Positions 21,281 to 31,853 of a stretch of 63,391 bases of DNA are shown piece by piece. The DNA comes from Polyangia bacterium (GTDB lineage Bacteria; Myxococcota_A; Polyangia; JAAYKL01): NCBI GenBank assembly GCA_050287845.1, contig JBNKCR010000091.1:1-63391 (forward strand). Reading direction: 5' to 3'. Each line of letters begins with the position of its first letter. Within the stretch, counting starts at the first letter, position 1. The notes beneath the pieces are model-generated. The model saw only the letters and a program-made list of their open reading frames with translations, was not told the DNA's origin and did no database searches. The position numbers and the translations under genes are program-made.

Positions 21281-21460
21281 TTATCCCACTTTATCCCATT
21301 TTTATAAATACTTGATAATATGTAATTAATTGTGAAATCACCAAAAATGAATAAAGTTGTTGCACGTGGCTATAAATAGTTAATATTTTAAAAAATTGAC
21401 AATCCTTAAGGGATATGGCTACGTGTTGAGAACCATATTAGTGGGATAAAGTGGGAAATA
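21281..21460. promoter_or_regulatory. mraZ promoter region with MraZ-type GTGGG boxes at 10-bp period in both orientations
   Basis: GTGGGATAAA-GTGGGAAATA at 21441-21460; inverted TTATCCCACT-TTATCCCATT at 21281-21300; TTGACA at 21396-21401. Confidence 0.75.
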
Positions 21461-21461
21461 G

Positions 21462-21914
21462 ATGTTCAAAGGGCGATATAATCACACGATCGATGGTAAG
21501 GGACGAACCAGTCTGCCTGCGAAGTTCCGGGAAACCATTGCCGCTGATGGAAATGATCGGGTGGTCCTTACCTATGCCCTTGACGCCACGTATCCCCATC
21601 TGGACGTGTATCCGTTCAACCGGTGGAATGAATTTGAGCAGAAGCTCGCAAAACAGCCCACCTTTGATGACAACGTGATGCAACTCAAACGGTTTTATGT
21701 GGCCAACGCGGTGGAATGCCCGGTGGATGGTCACGGGCGAATCCTGATTCCTGCAACCCATCGCGCATATGGCGACATTGATGGGGAGACCACCTGGGTG
21801 GGGATGAACAGGATTATTGAACTGTGGAAACCCGAGAGATGGGATGCGGCGCAGACAGAGGCTCTCGCCAATATTGCGGATATCAGAAAAGGGCTGGCCG
21901 CATTCGATCTGTGA
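21462..21914 (+). CDS. mraZ: Division/cell wall cluster repressor MraZ
   Basis: MF.G.Y.HTID.KGR..LPAKFR and second D.HGRILIP repeat, IELW. Confidence 0.97.
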   Translation: MFKGRYNHTIDGKGRTSLPAKFRETIAADGNDRVVLTYALDATYPHLDVYPFNRWNEFEQKLAKQPTFDDNVMQLKRFYVANAVECPVDGHGRILIPATHRAYGDIDGETTWVGMNRIIELWKPERWDAAQTEALANIADIRKGLAAFDL

Positions 21915-21922
21915 AGGAAACA

Positions 21923-22861
21923 ATGGATACAACATTCGAACATAAATCGGTGCTGCTTGATGAAGTGATTTCTATTCTGTCTCCAGGAACGGATGGTGTG
22001 TATTGCGATGGCACACTGGGGGGCGGCGGTCATGCGGAGCGGATTCTGGAAATGAGTTCTCCTGCGGGCAGACTCATCGGGATAGACAGGGACTATGCGG
22101 CAATTGAGGCGGCCAGAACGCGATTGGAACGGTTCGGCGCGCGCGCTCAGATTTTTCACGGTCGGTTTTCACAGCTTGATGAAATGCTGAAGAAAGCCGG
22201 TGTGAATCAGGTGGATGGATTGCTGCTGGATTTGGGGGTCTCTTCCCATCAGCTCGACGAAGCCAGTCGCGGATTTTCTTTTATGAATGCGGGCCCCCTC
22301 GATATGCGTATGGATTCGAGCGCCGGGGAAAGTGCCCGGGAGATGCTTGGCCGACTTTCAGAGGATGAGCTGGCAGATATTATTTATCGGTTCGGTGAAG
22401 AGCGTATGGCGCGAAAAGTGGCGCGATCGATAAAGCAGATGGAAGCCAGTGGCGCCCTTGAAACCACAGGGGATTTGGCAGTGGCGGTCAAGCGGGTGGT
22501 GGGGCAGAAAAAGCAGGGAAAGAGCGACCCGGCCACAAAAACATTTCAGGCTATCCGCATTGCGGTGAACGATGAAATGAAGGAGCTGGAGTCTGTTCTG
22601 CAAATGCTTCCCGAACCCCTTGCCGTGGGCGGCACCGTTGCCATCATTACTTTTCATTCCCTCGAAGATCGGATGGTTAAAGACCGATTCGCCGAGTTGG
22701 TCAATCCCTGTAAATGTCCACCGGGCATGCCGGTGTGCACATGTCCCAAACCTTTCGCCCAGTACACCACAAGACGAAGTGTACGGGTCAGCATGGCCGA
22801 AACCGAAATCAATCGTCGCGCCCGAAGCGCTCGGGTTCGGGCTATCCGGAGAGTCAGATGA
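21923..22861 (+). CDS. rsmH: 16S rRNA m4C1402 methyltransferase
   Basis: HKSVLLDE, DGTLGGGGH, DLGVSSHQLD, RGFSF, PLDMRMD, FQAIRIAVN, ITFHSLEDR, N.RARSA. Confidence 0.97.
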   Translation: MDTTFEHKSVLLDEVISILSPGTDGVYCDGTLGGGGHAERILEMSSPAGRLIGIDRDYAAIEAARTRLERFGARAQIFHGRFSQLDEMLKKAGVNQVDGLLLDLGVSSHQLDEASRGFSFMNAGPLDMRMDSSAGESAREMLGRLSEDELADIIYRFGEERMARKVARSIKQMEASGALETTGDLAVAVKRVVGQKKQGKSDPATKTFQAIRIAVNDEMKELESVLQMLPEPLAVGGTVAIITFHSLEDRMVKDRFAELVNPCKCPPGMPVCTCPKPFAQYTTRRSVRVSMAETEINRRARSARVRAIRRVR

Positions 22862-23316
22862 ACCGTCGGGTGTCGCCCTCCCGCAGGAAGGTCGAAAACG
22901 GTCACAAGCCGTTGACGATGCCTTTTCGAATGCCTCAGATTTTCAGACCGAAGGAATTGCGGAATGCGGACAACCCGGTGCAGTCGAAACATCAGGTGAA
23001 TAAAGAAGTGGGTACCATTCATCTGTTGTTCATCTGTCTGTCGCTGGCGATTGCAGCAGCTGGCACGCTGTATCACCTGCATGTACGGTTTGAAGGAGTG
23101 CGCCTTGGTTATGAAGCCAGCGAACAGCGAAAAATTCAGACCAGACTGATGTTGCAGCGTCGGGAGCTGCGTCTGGAACTGGCGTCTATGAAAGAACTTG
23201 GTCGTATTGAAGACGAAGCCCGGGAAAAACTGGGTATGGAAACGCCAAAAGCCGAAGACTTCGTTCATGTAAACAAAACAAAGAAAGTGGTAACCGTTTC
23301 CGGCGGAGCACTGTAG
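22858..23316 (+). CDS. ftsL: Cell division protein FtsL
   Basis: Position between rsmH and ftsI with ATGA overlap; single TM, coiled coil, RIEDEAREKLGM. Confidence 0.85.
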   Translation: MNRRVSPSRRKVENGHKPLTMPFRMPQIFRPKELRNADNPVQSKHQVNKEVGTIHLLFICLSLAIAAAGTLYHLHVRFEGVRLGYEASEQRKIQTRLMLQRRELRLELASMKELGRIEDEAREKLGMETPKAEDFVHVNKTKKVVTVSGGAL

Positions 23317-23318
23317 CC

Positions 23319-25364
23319 GTGTCATTCCTGGCAAAGGATAGACGATTCTGGATTCGTATTCGAATCGGGTTTATCGCGCTGATGTTGATAGCGGGTATCG
23401 GTGCAGTGGCGTGGGGCGCATGGTCCCTGGGCGTGACACGCAAAGATGAGCTCACCCGGATTGCCAATGAACAGTATATCCGGCGCATTTCGGTTTCGGC
23501 CCGCCGCGGACTCATTACCGACAGATATGGAGAGGAACTGGCCGTGGAAGTGGAGGTGGACTCCATTTACGCCGATCCCAGGGATGTGGTGAATCCACCG
23601 AAGGCGGCGGCAAAACTGGCCAAAATACTCGACAGGGATGAATCTGTTTTTCTCAGGCGTTTAAGTTCCCAAAAGCATTTTGTGTGGCTGAAACGCCGGG
23701 TGACGCCGGCAGAGTCTGCACAGGTAAAGAAGCAGAAGCTTCCGGGGGTTCATATCATCAAGGAAAGCAAACGGTTTTATCCGAGCCGGGAATTGGCCGC
23801 CCATGTGGTTGGATTTGCCGGACTGGATTCGAGGGGACTTGAAGGAGTGGAGCGCCTTTTCGATGAGCAGCTCAAGGGAAATCAGGATGCAGCCAGTGGT
23901 CTGGCAGACGCCAGAGGAAATATTGTTTTTTCAAAAGGCGTATTCGGTGCGGATAAAGTCGTTGGCAACAACATTATGCTCACCATTGACCGCAATCTCC
24001 AGTTTGAAGTCGAAGAAGAACTGAAAAATACGGTCAGATTGTTTCAGGCCACAGCGGGACACATCACCGTGATGGATCCGGCAACCGGCGATGTACTGGC
24101 CATGGCCAGCTGGCCCACATACAACCTGAATGACATTGCCGGTTCGAATCCGGCGAAACGGCGAAACCGCGCAGTAATCGATGTATATGAGCCCGGCTCC
24201 ACCATGAAGGTATTCACCCTTGCGGCTGCTATTAACAGCGGCACCCTCCGGCCTGATGAAAAAATATTCTGCGAGCATGGCCGGATGGAGTTCTACGATG
24301 TGGTTCTTCACGATGACCACCGGGATGGCTGGTTGAACCCCACTCAGTGTCTCAAGCGGTCGAGCAACATCTGCTTTGCTAAAATCGCGGGACGCATGAA
24401 GGGAAAACGACTGTACCGTTATTTGCGTCGATTTGGTTTCGGCGAGAAAACCGCTATTCAGGTGCCTTACGAAATGCGCGGACTGTTGCAGCACCACCAG
24501 GAATGGAGTGAATTTCTTACAGCCACCACCGCTTTCGGACAGGGCATCGGGGTTACTGGTATTCAGATGGCAACCGCCCTCTCGGTGATCGCCAATGGCG
24601 GAAAACTGATGAAGCCCAATCTCATTCGAAAAGTGACCGATGCGGAAGGAGACGTCATTCTTGAAAACACGCCCACCGTGCGAAGACGGGTTATCAGTCG
24701 ACGTACCGCAAGATTGATTACCGATATGATGACGTCTGTTACCGAAGAAGGTGGCACCGGTGTGGAAGCAGCGTTGGATGGATATCTTGTTGCAGGTAAA
24801 ACCGGAACGGCGCAGAAGTCTACAGGCGCACATGGATACGAAGACAAAGACAAATTTGTGGCATCGTTTTTTGGTTTTGTCCCGGCGGATAAGCCCAGAC
24901 TTGTGATTTCCGTTGTAATAGACGAACCCCTCGTCAGCTATTATGGCGGTACAGTAGCCGCGCCCGCTTTTCGTCGCATCGCCGACAAGGCACTTCGGGA
25001 CATGGGAATCACGCCCAATTTTGCAACCCGAAAGCCTCGAACCATACAGGATTCGGATGAACCCCTGAAGGCTGAAGCCGATCAGGAAGCAACGGTGGTT
25101 GAAAATTCCGAAGTCAATGAATTGGCGCAGATGATTCAGCCATTGGAACTGCCACTTGAAAAAGGTCAGGTCCGTACTCCGAATTTAATTGGCATGCCCA
25201 TGGGCAGAGTCATGGTGGAACTGAATGAGTTTGATCTTCGTCCTCTGTTTATTGGCACCGGTGTGTCAACGGAGCAGATGCCTGCGCCGGGGGTGCCCAT
25301 CAATAAAGGCGAATATGTTCAGGTGAATTTCAGCCCGAACGGGGAATATGAAGGTGATCAATGA
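23319..25364 (+). CDS. ftsI: Class B PBP (FtsI/PBP3) with C-terminal PASTA-like domain
   Basis: RG.I.DR.G, YEPGSTMK (SxxK), SSN (SxN), AGKTGTAQK. Confidence 0.95.
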   Translation: MSFLAKDRRFWIRIRIGFIALMLIAGIGAVAWGAWSLGVTRKDELTRIANEQYIRRISVSARRGLITDRYGEELAVEVEVDSIYADPRDVVNPPKAAAKLAKILDRDESVFLRRLSSQKHFVWLKRRVTPAESAQVKKQKLPGVHIIKESKRFYPSRELAAHVVGFAGLDSRGLEGVERLFDEQLKGNQDAASGLADARGNIVFSKGVFGADKVVGNNIMLTIDRNLQFEVEEELKNTVRLFQATAGHITVMDPATGDVLAMASWPTYNLNDIAGSNPAKRRNRAVIDVYEPGSTMKVFTLAAAINSGTLRPDEKIFCEHGRMEFYDVVLHDDHRDGWLNPTQCLKRSSNICFAKIAGRMKGKRLYRYLRRFGFGEKTAIQVPYEMRGLLQHHQEWSEFLTATTAFGQGIGVTGIQMATALSVIANGGKLMKPNLIRKVTDAEGDVILENTPTVRRRVISRRTARLITDMMTSVTEEGGTGVEAALDGYLVAGKTGTAQKSTGAHGYEDKDKFVASFFGFVPADKPRLVISVVIDEPLVSYYGGTVAAPAFRRIADKALRDMGITPNFATRKPRTIQDSDEPLKAEADQEATVVENSEVNELAQMIQPLELPLEKGQVRTPNLIGMPMGRVMVELNEFDLRPLFIGTGVSTEQMPAPGVPINKGEYVQVNFSPNGEYEGDQ

Positions 25365-26875
25365 AAACCCTCTTTGAGATTGAAGCAGAAATTTCCGGGG
25401 CCGAAGTGGTCGGAGATGGCAATGTAACCATTTCTGGTATCACGCATGACTCAAGGTCGGTCAGAAGTGGATACCTTTTTGCAGCGCTGAAAGGGGAACA
25501 TGTGGATGGCGCGCGATTTGCGCACGGGGCTGTTGAATCCGGCGCGACTGCGATTCTGTGCGATTCCAGGATTGATATTCACGTGCCGCAGTTGATTGTG
25601 CCCAATGCCAGAGACCGACTTGGTGAGGTCGCCGCGGCCTGCTATGATCATCCGGGAGCACAGTTGAAACTGCTGGGCATTACGGGAACCAACGGTAAAA
25701 CCACCATCACCTGGCTGGTGGAAACCATTTTGCGCGAGTGGCAAATGCCCTGTGGCGTGATGGGAACCATTGAATATCGGTTTGAATCTCAGAAATGGCA
25801 TGCGGATCATACCACGCCGGAAGCGACGGTGGTGCAGTCCATTATGCGAAGCATGGTGGATGCAGGGGCAAAGGCATTGGCCATGGAGGTGTCGTCCCAC
25901 GGTATCGCGCTGGGGCGTCTGAATGGGTGCCCCTTTGATGTGGTGGCATTCACCAATCTCACCCAGGACCATCTGGATTTTCATCATTCGATGTCGGAAT
26001 ACGGTGAACAGAAGTTGCGCCTGTTTACTGAAATGATTTCCCATCGACCGGATGTTCAGATTGTGCTGAACGAGGACGACCCATTTTCGGCCCGGATTCG
26101 TTCCGATGCGTCGCACCCGATTCTGTCCGTGTCTACCCGGGTTGGCGCCAATACAACTCTGCACCCGGTAGCTGCGCCGACGTATCGCATCGATGGTACA
26201 TCCGCCATCATTCAGACCCCGGATGGACAGGTGGCGCTCGAAAGTCGCTTATGTGGCGCCCATAATCTCAGTAACCAACTGGTGGCGTTTGGTATCTGCC
26301 GTGCCCTGGGGGTGCCGGACCAGGTGGTGGTATCCGCGCTGGGCCGGATTCTGGCGGTTCCCGGACGTCTGGAACGTGTCCCCTGTGGCGAGGAGGTATC
26401 GGTGTTTGTGGATTATGCCCATACCCCCGATGCCCTGGAAAATGTGCTCAGTGTTCTCAAACCATTGACTCGCGGTCGCCTGATGTGCGTGTTTGGATGC
26501 GGCGGCGATCGGGATGGCAGCAAACGTCCGCTGATGGGAGAAGCCGTAGCCAGACATGCGGACATCACTGTGATCACCAGCGATAATCCCCGCACGGAAG
26601 ATCCGGATAAAATCATTGATATGGTGATTCCCGGGGTCTTGAAACATCAGCAGAATCAGCTGGATGAGATTGCCGGTGCCGGTAAGAAGAAGGGATATGT
26701 GGTCATTCCGGACAGGCGCGCAGCCATTGAAGCGGTCATTCTGTCTGCCGAAACCGGGGATACGGTGCTGCTGGCGGGCAAGGGCCATGAGGACTATGTG
26801 ATTATCGGAAAAGAAAAGCGGCATTTCGATGATCGGGAAGAGGCGGCAAAGGTGCTTTCCAGGAGGCAGCGGTAG
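25361..26875 (+). CDS. murE: UDP-MurNAc-tripeptide synthetase (meso-DAP type)
   Basis: GITGTNGKTT, MEVSSH, TNLTQDHLDFH, DYAHTPDAL, GCGGDRD..KR, DNPR, LAGKGHE. Confidence 0.97.
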   Translation: MKTLFEIEAEISGAEVVGDGNVTISGITHDSRSVRSGYLFAALKGEHVDGARFAHGAVESGATAILCDSRIDIHVPQLIVPNARDRLGEVAAACYDHPGAQLKLLGITGTNGKTTITWLVETILREWQMPCGVMGTIEYRFESQKWHADHTTPEATVVQSIMRSMVDAGAKALAMEVSSHGIALGRLNGCPFDVVAFTNLTQDHLDFHHSMSEYGEQKLRLFTEMISHRPDVQIVLNEDDPFSARIRSDASHPILSVSTRVGANTTLHPVAAPTYRIDGTSAIIQTPDGQVALESRLCGAHNLSNQLVAFGICRALGVPDQVVVSALGRILAVPGRLERVPCGEEVSVFVDYAHTPDALENVLSVLKPLTRGRLMCVFGCGGDRDGSKRPLMGEAVARHADITVITSDNPRTEDPDKIIDMVIPGVLKHQQNQLDEIAGAGKKKGYVVIPDRRAAIEAVILSAETGDTVLLAGKGHEDYVIIGKEKRHFDDREEAAKVLSRRQR

Positions 26876-26877
26876 AT

Positions 26878-28245
26878 ATGTGGACATACACAACAGGGGA
26901 AATTGCGTCGTTGAGCGGGGGAACACTTCTGGGCGACGGAAATGCATGTATATCCGGCGTGTATACCGATTCCAGGGGTTGTGGAGAAGGCAAGCTGTTT
27001 GTGGCATTGAAGGGCGAAAACTTCGATGGCCATGATTTTGTGGATGCCGCAGTGAGAGGTGGCGCCGGTGCGATAATGCTCTCCCGCAGATTGAACGATT
27101 GTCCGGTGCCGCAGATTGTTGTAGGTGAACCGCTCCATGGACTGACCCTGCTGGCCACCGGCCACCGCAAATCGTTCAAAAAAAAGGTGGCGGCAGTCAC
27201 CGGGTCTGCCGGAAAGACCACCACCCGCTCGCTGATTGCAACGATACTTGGGGTATCGGGGAAAATTCTGGAGCCGGAGAAGAATTATAATAATCATATC
27301 GGTGTGCCATTGACGGCAATGAATCTGGACAACTCTTTCGATGCTGCGGTGTTTGAGCTCGGGTGTTCAGATTTTAATGAAATCGGCCCGTTGGCCCGGA
27401 TTGTCAATCCGGATGTGGCGCTTATTACCAATGTGGGAGAAGCGCATCTTGAAAAACTGAAGAATCTGGAGGGCGTGGCGCAGGCCAAGGGTGAACTGTT
27501 TGCTGCGCTGCGCCTGGAAGCCTGCGCCGTGGTGAATCTGGACGATGCGCATATTCGCAATATGCCCTGTGCTGCAGACCGTGTTGTCACATTTTCAACG
27601 GGTGACACCCCGGCAGATGTGCAACTGATGCAGCGAATTCCAGGACCATTCAATCAGCAGTTGCGACTGAGATTGCAGGGAACGGAGGTGGATGTACCCT
27701 TTTCACTGCCAGGCATTCACAACGCCACTGATGCCACGGCGGCGGCGGCGGCGTCGCTTGCAATGGGCGCAGGTATTGATGATATCATCGCAGGACTTGG
27801 CAAAGCGAAAGCACGACCGGGACGTTTTGATATTGTGGACAAAAACGGACTATCCATTGTGGATGATACATACAACGCCAACCCATCTTCCATGATAGCA
27901 TCCCTCAATGTTCTGGCGGAAATGGTGCCTGCCGAACAGCGCATGGCGGTGTTGGGAGATATGCTGGAACTGGGCGATAAAAGCGAGTCGGCCCATCTGT
28001 TTCTCGGAAAAGCAGTGGCGACCATTGGCGTAAAGACACTGTTCCTTTACGGGGAATTCAAGCAAATCACCCGACAGGGCGCCGTGTCGGCTGGAATGCC
28101 ATCAGCGAATATTGTGTGCAGTGACGATGTTACAGAAATTTCAAAAAAAGTGGTTGAAATTTCGAAATCCGGTGATGCGTTGCTTATAAAAGGATCGAGG
28201 GGGATGAAACTGGAACGCGTGGTACGAACCATATTGGAAGGATAA
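26878..28245 (+). CDS. murF: UDP-MurNAc-pentapeptide synthetase
   Basis: DSR, DGHDF, VTGSAGKTTT, NYNNHIGVPLT, DTYNANP.SM, LGDMLELG, KGSRGMKLE. Confidence 0.97.
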   Translation: MWTYTTGEIASLSGGTLLGDGNACISGVYTDSRGCGEGKLFVALKGENFDGHDFVDAAVRGGAGAIMLSRRLNDCPVPQIVVGEPLHGLTLLATGHRKSFKKKVAAVTGSAGKTTTRSLIATILGVSGKILEPEKNYNNHIGVPLTAMNLDNSFDAAVFELGCSDFNEIGPLARIVNPDVALITNVGEAHLEKLKNLEGVAQAKGELFAALRLEACAVVNLDDAHIRNMPCAADRVVTFSTGDTPADVQLMQRIPGPFNQQLRLRLQGTEVDVPFSLPGIHNATDATAAAAASLAMGAGIDDIIAGLGKAKARPGRFDIVDKNGLSIVDDTYNANPSSMIASLNVLAEMVPAEQRMAVLGDMLELGDKSESAHLFLGKAVATIGVKTLFLYGEFKQITRQGAVSAGMPSANIVCSDDVTEISKKVVEISKSGDALLIKGSRGMKLERVVRTILEG

Positions 28246-28251
28246 AAGTCC

Positions 28252-29412
28252 ATGTTATATCAACTCCTGTTTGACCTGCATCAGTACACCGACTCGCTCG
28301 GATGGCTGAACGTTCTCCGATATGTGCCGTTTCGCACCATTATGGCCATGCTCACCAGCATGTTCATCAGCTTCTTTCTGTATCCATGGTTTATTGCCCG
28401 GATGCGAAAACGGAATGTGGGACAATCGGTGAGGCAGGAGGGACCGGAGGCACATTTCTCCAAAGAGGGTACCCCCACCATGGGCGGTTCGCTGATTCTG
28501 TTTGCCACAGTAATATCCACGGTACTCTGGTCAGACCTGAACAATCAGTTCGTATGGCTGGTTCTTGCCATCACCGTTGGGTACGGTCTCATCGGATTCA
28601 TCGACGACTACCTTAAAATTCGCTATTCCGACTCCCGCGGCATGCCGGGAAAATTTAAACTGCTGTTTCAAACCTTGCTGGCTGCGGTGATATTTCTGTA
28701 TGTGTATATGGATCCCAATCTGCCGCCGGAGTGGATTGAAATCCGCAATCGTCTGGCATTGCCCTTTGCCGCATTCGAAAATAACGCGGCGCGCCTCGCG
28801 GATGCGCCATGGTATGCCTCGCTGACATTGCCGCCATGGGCGTATGTGGTATTTGCCACCTTTGTGGTGGTGGCCATGTCCAACGCCATCAATCTCACCG
28901 ATGGTCTGGATGGTCTTGCCATTGGACCGGTCATGGTGAACGCAGGTACTTTTCTCGTTCTGGCCTATCTTTCCGGTCTGGTGCTCTTTGGCATCAATAT
29001 TCCGATTTATCTGAAAATTCCCTCGATTCCCATGGCCAGCGAACTCGCCATATTCTGTGCCACCATTTTCGGAGCCGGCATCGGGTTCCTCTGGTACAAC
29101 ACGTTTCCCGCCCAGGTATTCATGGGCGACGTGGGATCTCTTTCGCTGGGCGGAGCAATCGGTATGATGGCGGTGCTGACCAAAAACGAATTTCTGTCAG
29201 TGATTCTGGGCGGAATTTTTGTGCTCGAGGCGGTTTCTGTGATTACCCAGGTGGCCAGCTTCAAACTGATTGGCAAACGGGTATTCCGTATGGCGCCCAT
29301 TCATCACCACTTCGAGTTGAAAGGATGGCCGGAACCCAAGGTGATTGTGCGTTTCTGGATCATCTCCATTATGCTGGCCCTGGTGGCCTTGTCGTCACTG
29401 AAACTGCGGTAG
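28252..29412 (+). CDS. mraY: Phospho-MurNAc-pentapeptide transferase
   Basis: K.GTPTMGG, GFIDDY.K, NA.NLTDGLDGLA, PAQVFMGDVGSL, MAPIHHHFE..GW. Confidence 0.98.
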   Translation: MLYQLLFDLHQYTDSLGWLNVLRYVPFRTIMAMLTSMFISFFLYPWFIARMRKRNVGQSVRQEGPEAHFSKEGTPTMGGSLILFATVISTVLWSDLNNQFVWLVLAITVGYGLIGFIDDYLKIRYSDSRGMPGKFKLLFQTLLAAVIFLYVYMDPNLPPEWIEIRNRLALPFAAFENNAARLADAPWYASLTLPPWAYVVFATFVVVAMSNAINLTDGLDGLAIGPVMVNAGTFLVLAYLSGLVLFGINIPIYLKIPSIPMASELAIFCATIFGAGIGFLWYNTFPAQVFMGDVGSLSLGGAIGMMAVLTKNEFLSVILGGIFVLEAVSVITQVASFKLIGKRVFRMAPIHHHFELKGWPEPKVIVRFWIISIMLALVALSSLKLR

Positions 29413-29434
29413 GCATCGGATTGGGAGTGCAGCA

Positions 29435-30685
29435 ATGGTAGACAAAAACACCGAAAAGGCACCCGGGAAGTCGAAAGAAAAGCGCGGGCCTATGGATAAA
29501 GCGCTGCTGGTGTCTGTGCTGATGCTGTGTGTGTTCGGCCTGGTGATGGTGTTTTCCGCATCCGCAGTGGAGGCGGGCAAGAAATTTGACAACCCCATGC
29601 TCTTTTTCAATAAACAGGCGATTTTTGCCGGGATGGGGCTGGTAGCCATGTTGTTCATGTCCCGGGTGGATTACGGCATTTTCAAAAAAAGCGCTATTGT
29701 GTGGTCCATGCTGGCCATTACCTTTTTTGCAGTACTGGCCTGTAAAACGCCGCTGGGGATTACGCTGAACGGTGCGTCCAGATGGTTGAAGGCCGGTCCC
29801 ATCACCATCCAGCCCGCTGAAGCACTCAAGGTTTCCCTTGTATTGTGGCTGTCGTATTCCCTCAATAAAAAAAGTCTGAAGATAAAATCCTTTTCTATCG
29901 GCTTTCTACCTCATCTGATTATTCCCGGATTGCTGATGGCGGCGTGTATGTTGCAACCGGACTTCGGTACCACGGTGGTGATGGCCATCATTACGTTCAC
30001 GCTGCTGTTTGTGGCCGGCGCAAAACTGGGATACATTTTACTCGCGGCGATAGTCACCACACCGATTGTGTATTTTCTGATTACCGGCTCGGCATATCGA
30101 TTGGCGCGCATGATGACATTTCTCGATCCGTTGGCCACTCGATTTACCACCGGGTACCAGTTGAGCCAATCTCTGTTCGGATACGCATCCGGAGGGATTA
30201 CCGGCCGGGGTCTGGGGGACGGATTACAGAAATTTCTGTATCTGCCAGAAGCACACAACGATTTTATTGGAAGCATCATCGGTGAAGAACTGGGAGTGAT
30301 TGGCATCTGGATGGTCATCGCGATGTACGGGATACTCATTATCCGCGGCATGTTGATTGGATTTCGTTCCAAAGATATTTTTGGCACATATGTGGCGCTC
30401 GGATTAACGGTACTCTTTGCGGTGCAGGCGCTGATGAACCTGGCAGTATCCATGGGACTGTTGCCAACCAAGGGGTTGAACCTGCCGTTTGTCAGTTATG
30501 GTGGCTCCGCATTGCTGATTACCATGAGCGCCACAGGTATTCTGCTCAGCGTATCCCGCGGAAGCCGGTATTCGGATGACGTGGAACCGGTTGCGGAGAC
30601 AGTTGCGGATACACCGACGGACGCCACAACGAAAAGAAAAAAGGGAAATCGACGATTTTCCAGAAAAAGCAAGCGGGAAGAGTGA
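29435..30685 (+). CDS. ftsW: SEDS peptidoglycan polymerase FtsW
   Basis: GASRW, QPAE..K, QPDFGT, GYQ..QS, YLPEAHNDFI, LP.KG..LPFVSYGGS. Confidence 0.96.
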   Translation: MVDKNTEKAPGKSKEKRGPMDKALLVSVLMLCVFGLVMVFSASAVEAGKKFDNPMLFFNKQAIFAGMGLVAMLFMSRVDYGIFKKSAIVWSMLAITFFAVLACKTPLGITLNGASRWLKAGPITIQPAEALKVSLVLWLSYSLNKKSLKIKSFSIGFLPHLIIPGLLMAACMLQPDFGTTVVMAIITFTLLFVAGAKLGYILLAAIVTTPIVYFLITGSAYRLARMMTFLDPLATRFTTGYQLSQSLFGYASGGITGRGLGDGLQKFLYLPEAHNDFIGSIIGEELGVIGIWMVIAMYGILIIRGMLIGFRSKDIFGTYVALGLTVLFAVQALMNLAVSMGLLPTKGLNLPFVSYGGSALLITMSATGILLSVSRGSRYSDDVEPVAETVADTPTDATTKRKKGNRRFSRKSKREE

Positions 30686-30731
30686 CACAGCAGCCCTGTG
30701 TACGCGCCGGTGAAAGAGGACGATATTAATT

Positions 30732-31811
30732 ATGACAAAATCATTCAGAGTGGTAATGGCAGGCGGCGGAACCGGTGGACACATTATCCCGGCCATTGCG
30801 GTAGCCGAAGAAGTACTGCGGCTTGGCGGCACTGTTCGATTTGTGGGAACACGGGGCAGAATCGAAGAGCAGCTGGTGCCAAAGGCGGGTTTTGGAATAG
30901 ACTTCATCAAAGTGAAACCCCTTGCCGGCGGAAGTGCGATTAAAAAGGCAACCGGGCTTGCATCGCTACCGTTGTCGGTAATGACATCCATGGCATTGCT
31001 TCGAAAACAGAAACCTTCTGTGGTGATTGGTGTAGGGGGGTATGTCGCTGGGCCGGTGGTTGCGGCGGCGCGACTGATGGGGATTCCCACCGCACTGCTT
31101 GAACAGAATGCTACGGTGGGACTTGCCAACCGGATTGCCAAGCCCATTATTCAAAAAGCGTTTGTTTCCTATGCGCAAACCCTTGCCGAGTTTCCGGCCG
31201 GGAAAGCGGAGTTCACCGGAAACCCGGTAAAACGTGAAATTATTAATGCCGCAGCAATGAAAAAGCCCAGGAGCAAAAAGGTGCGCATTCTGGTCATGGG
31301 GGGGTCTCAGGGCGCCAGGGCCATTGATACGCGGGTTCCCGCGGCATTGGCAGCAGCAGATGTCGCGTCAGATATTGAGGTGGTCCACCAGGGGCAAAAA
31401 GAGAATCTGGAGGCGGCACAGAAGATGTACGATGACGCGGGTATCGCAGCGAGCACCACGCCCTTTATTGAAGATACCGCCACAGCGTTTCTCAATACCG
31501 ATCTGGTTATCGCGCGCTCGGGTGCCACCACGGTGGCGGAACTCACCGTGATGGGACTCCCTGCCATATTTTTGCCCTATCCCCATCATTCCGACAGGCA
31601 GCAGGAGATGAACGCGGCGCCCATGCGGGAAATTGGCGCGGCGATTGTGCTGGACGAGCTGAAAACAGATGTGCCGGATCTTGTATCGGCCATTCTTGAA
31701 ATGATAACAACCCCGTCCAGACTGGTGGATGCGGGCAGGAAATCCCTGTCCCTCGGAAAGCCGGACGCCGCGAAAGTGATTGCCTCCCGATTGCAGGAGA
31801 TGGCGCGATAG
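30732..31811 (+). CDS. murG: Lipid II GlcNAc transferase
   Basis: GGGTGGH, GGYVAGP, EQNA..G.AN, GNPV, GGSQGA, RSGATTVAE. Confidence 0.97.
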   Translation: MTKSFRVVMAGGGTGGHIIPAIAVAEEVLRLGGTVRFVGTRGRIEEQLVPKAGFGIDFIKVKPLAGGSAIKKATGLASLPLSVMTSMALLRKQKPSVVIGVGGYVAGPVVAAARLMGIPTALLEQNATVGLANRIAKPIIQKAFVSYAQTLAEFPAGKAEFTGNPVKREIINAAAMKKPRSKKVRILVMGGSQGARAIDTRVPAALAAADVASDIEVVHQGQKENLEAAQKMYDDAGIAASTTPFIEDTATAFLNTDLVIARSGATTVAELTVMGLPAIFLPYPHHSDRQQEMNAAPMREIGAAIVLDELKTDVPDLVSAILEMITTPSRLVDAGRKSLSLGKPDAAKVIASRLQEMAR

Positions 31812-31853
31812 TCGAGGACAGGCTGGCTGGCAGCACATTCAGAGCAGGAGACA

